Assembly (NCBI GenBank): GCA_963818475.1
Contig: CAWFSF010000006.1
Coordinates: 2,144,001 to 2,208,000, forward strand
DNA from: Nitrospirota bacterium
GTDB lineage: Bacteria; Nitrospirota; UBA9217
Direction: 5' to 3'
Length of the DNA stretch: 64,000 bases
Shown: positions 62,612-64,000 of the stretch, in pieces
Layout: every line of letters starts with the position of its first letter
Position numbering within the stretch: position 1 is the first letter of the stretch
Translations under genes and position numbers: made by a program
The notes under the pieces: model-generated
What the model was told of the DNA's origin: nothing
The model's input: the letters and a program-made list of their open reading frames with translations, nothing else
Databases searched by the model: none

Positions 62612-63088
62612 CTACTCTACCACCCAGACAGCGCAGTTTTTTGCTTCGTGGACAAGCCGGTTCGAGGTGCTGCCGAAGAGGAACTCCTCGGTCTTGGTTT
62701 TGTGGTGGCGGCCCACGACAACCGTGCAGCACGTAAGATCGCAGCGGATCGCAAGGATGGCGTCAGACAGCGACTTTGCATCTCCCACGCAGGTGTGAAA
62801 GCGCACCTTGTCCTCGGGAAATCCGGATTGGATCAGGATCGTCCGGTAATGCTCCAGCAGTTTATTTGCTTTGGCGATCTTTTCCTCGACCCACGCCTTC
62901 AGTTCCGTCTCGGTCTCGTAAAAATCCTGTTCCGGTTCGGGTATGATGCTCAGGAGCGTGACCGTGAAACCGGGGAACCCTCCGAGAAAATCAGCCACGT
63001 ACAGCACGGCACGGCGCGAGCTGTCCGACTCGTCCACCGCAACAAGGAGATGTTTGTCTTTTATGGGACTCTCAGGCTGGGTGTCCAT
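62612..63088 (-). CDS. universal stress protein
   Basis: LLVAVDES, VVVGR, FLFGSTS, AVWVVE. Confidence 0.9.
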   Translation of the reverse strand: MDTQPESPIKDKHLLVAVDESDSSRRAVLYVADFLGGFPGFTVTLLSIIPEPEQDFYETETELKAWVEEKIAKANKLLEHYRTILIQSGFPEDKVRFHTCVGDAKSLSDAILAIRCDLTCCTVVVGRHHKTKTEEFLFGSTSNRLVHEAKNCAVWVVE

Positions 63089-63132
63089 ACAAGGCTCCTT
63101 TCATTTTACAACAGTTCAAAATAGAACAAACT

Positions 63133-63274
63133 TTCGCGCAGAGACGCTGAGGCGCAGAGAAAGATCTAAATCTTTTTTAATTTTTTTTCTCTGCGGCACT
63201 GCGGCTCTGCGCGAGACGCCTTGCCTTTTTGTTCCGCATTTCGAATTCCGCATTCCGAACTCCAGACTCCGAAC
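63133..63274. repeat. 9-nt CGCAGAG palindromic element plus a 7-nt TTCCGCA arm
   Basis: TCGCGCAGAGACGCTGAGGCGCAGAG ... CTCTGCGGCACTGCGGCTCTGCGCGA; TTCCGCA TTTCGAA TTCCGCA TTCCGAA. Confidence 0.82.
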
Positions 63275-63277
63275 GAA

Positions 63278-64000
63278 TCACTCCTCATTGATCTGCCCTC
63301 CCGCTTCCCCCAGATCGTCGAGCAGTTCCTGCGTCTCCTCATAGTACACCGGCGCGCTGACGGCAAAGTGCATCAGCACACGGTTCAGCTTTTCAGGGAT
63401 ATAGGGGTAGATCTTCTTGAGGTTGTTCACCCGGTTGTGGAAAACGATGTTCACATCGTCCCCGGTCAGACGGTCGAAGGCTTCCGGATTCTCGCGCGCG
63501 AGCCGGTAGGTCGTGATATCGCCCCGTCCGGTGAGGAACAGGAGTACGTTCCCGAGGCCGAAGAGGTCGTAGCCGAACCTGCTCTCGCCGTGGCGGTAGT
63601 TGAAATCAAAGTCGATCCAGCGGTAGTGCCCGGTCGCATCGTCCCTGATGATGTGGTCTCGCCGGATGTCGCCGTGCTTCTCATGGTGATCATGCAGAAA
63701 ACGGATCGCCTCGACGAGTTCCACGAACTCGTGGAGCAGCGCGGGAAAGTGGTTATGGAAATAGTCCTCGTGCCCCGAGCCCAACTCCAGCGCCACCTGG
63801 CCCAGGGTCTTGCCCCTGATATAGTCCAGGATGCGCAGCTGATTGCCGGCCGTATCGAGCACGGTCTTGCCCTGCATGAACGCCGGCTTTCCGCTCACCA
63901 GTTCGAGGATTCGCGCCTCTTTCTGCGGGCTGCGCACGCAGTCGAACACGAGGTTGCCGATCCTGGCCTCGAAACGCTCCCGGAAGACCCATTTCAGGAT
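63278..64000 (-). CDS. Ser/Thr protein kinase-like protein, C-terminal part (5' end outside window)
   Basis: HGDIRRDHI catalytic loop, WIDFD, YDLFGLG. Confidence 0.75.
   Translation of the reverse strand: MLKWVFRERFEARIGNLVFDCVRSPQKEARILELVSGKPAFMQGKTVLDTAGNQLRILDYIRGKTLGQVALELGSGHEDYFHNHFPALLHEFVELVEAIRFLHDHHEKHGDIRRDHIIRDDATGHYRWIDFDFNYRHGESRFGYDLFGLGNVLLFLTGRGDITTYRLARENPEAFDRLTGDDVNIVFHNRVNNLKKIYPYIPEKLNRVLMHFAVSAPVYYEETQELLDDLGEAGGQINEE

Overview
Bacterial chromosomal window with a GC-rich core. Gene order and protein style suggest a Nitrospirota or deltaproteobacterial-type organism (inference). Core loci: a beta-oxidation operon; TlpA, LysR and LysE genes; a SAM methyltransferase plus three 2-hydroxyacyl-CoA-dehydratase/double-cubane-type modules and an ATP-dependent activator; an MFS transporter; an A2-type cytochrome c oxidase operon; the pheA-hisC-tyrA-aroA-cmk-ispH-rpsA-sppA-ihfB superoperon; ttcA; NrdR-controlled class II RNR (nrdJ); UPF0182; hydrolases; and hemerythrin, PAS, USP and kinase genes. 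Two AT-richer accessory blocks interrupt it. The first (about 6.0-10.0 kb) holds a TMTC-like GT-C/TPR protein, a truncated secreted protein and an IS1202-family IS with a 16-bp target duplication. The second (about 43.3-53.5 kb) is defence-like: a collapsed type III R-M locus, a giant alpha/beta-hydrolase-TPR-PIN protein with a partner, and an XRE/IrrE + PIN pair. Highlights the ORF track misses: (1) a MerT-like membrane protein with an in-frame TGA at the metal-binding Cys position, followed by a bSECIS-like hairpin (probable selenoprotein, 20606-20992, minus strand); (2) about 20 intergenic palindromic elements with 9-nt or 7-nt periodic arms, often nested; (3) a desulforedoxin-domain/histone-H1-like fusion; (4) a 34-aa membrane smORF. 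Roughly 18 single-base frameshifts, including in housekeeping genes, indicate indel-prone sequence, so split genes are reported as joined CDSs rather than pseudogenes.
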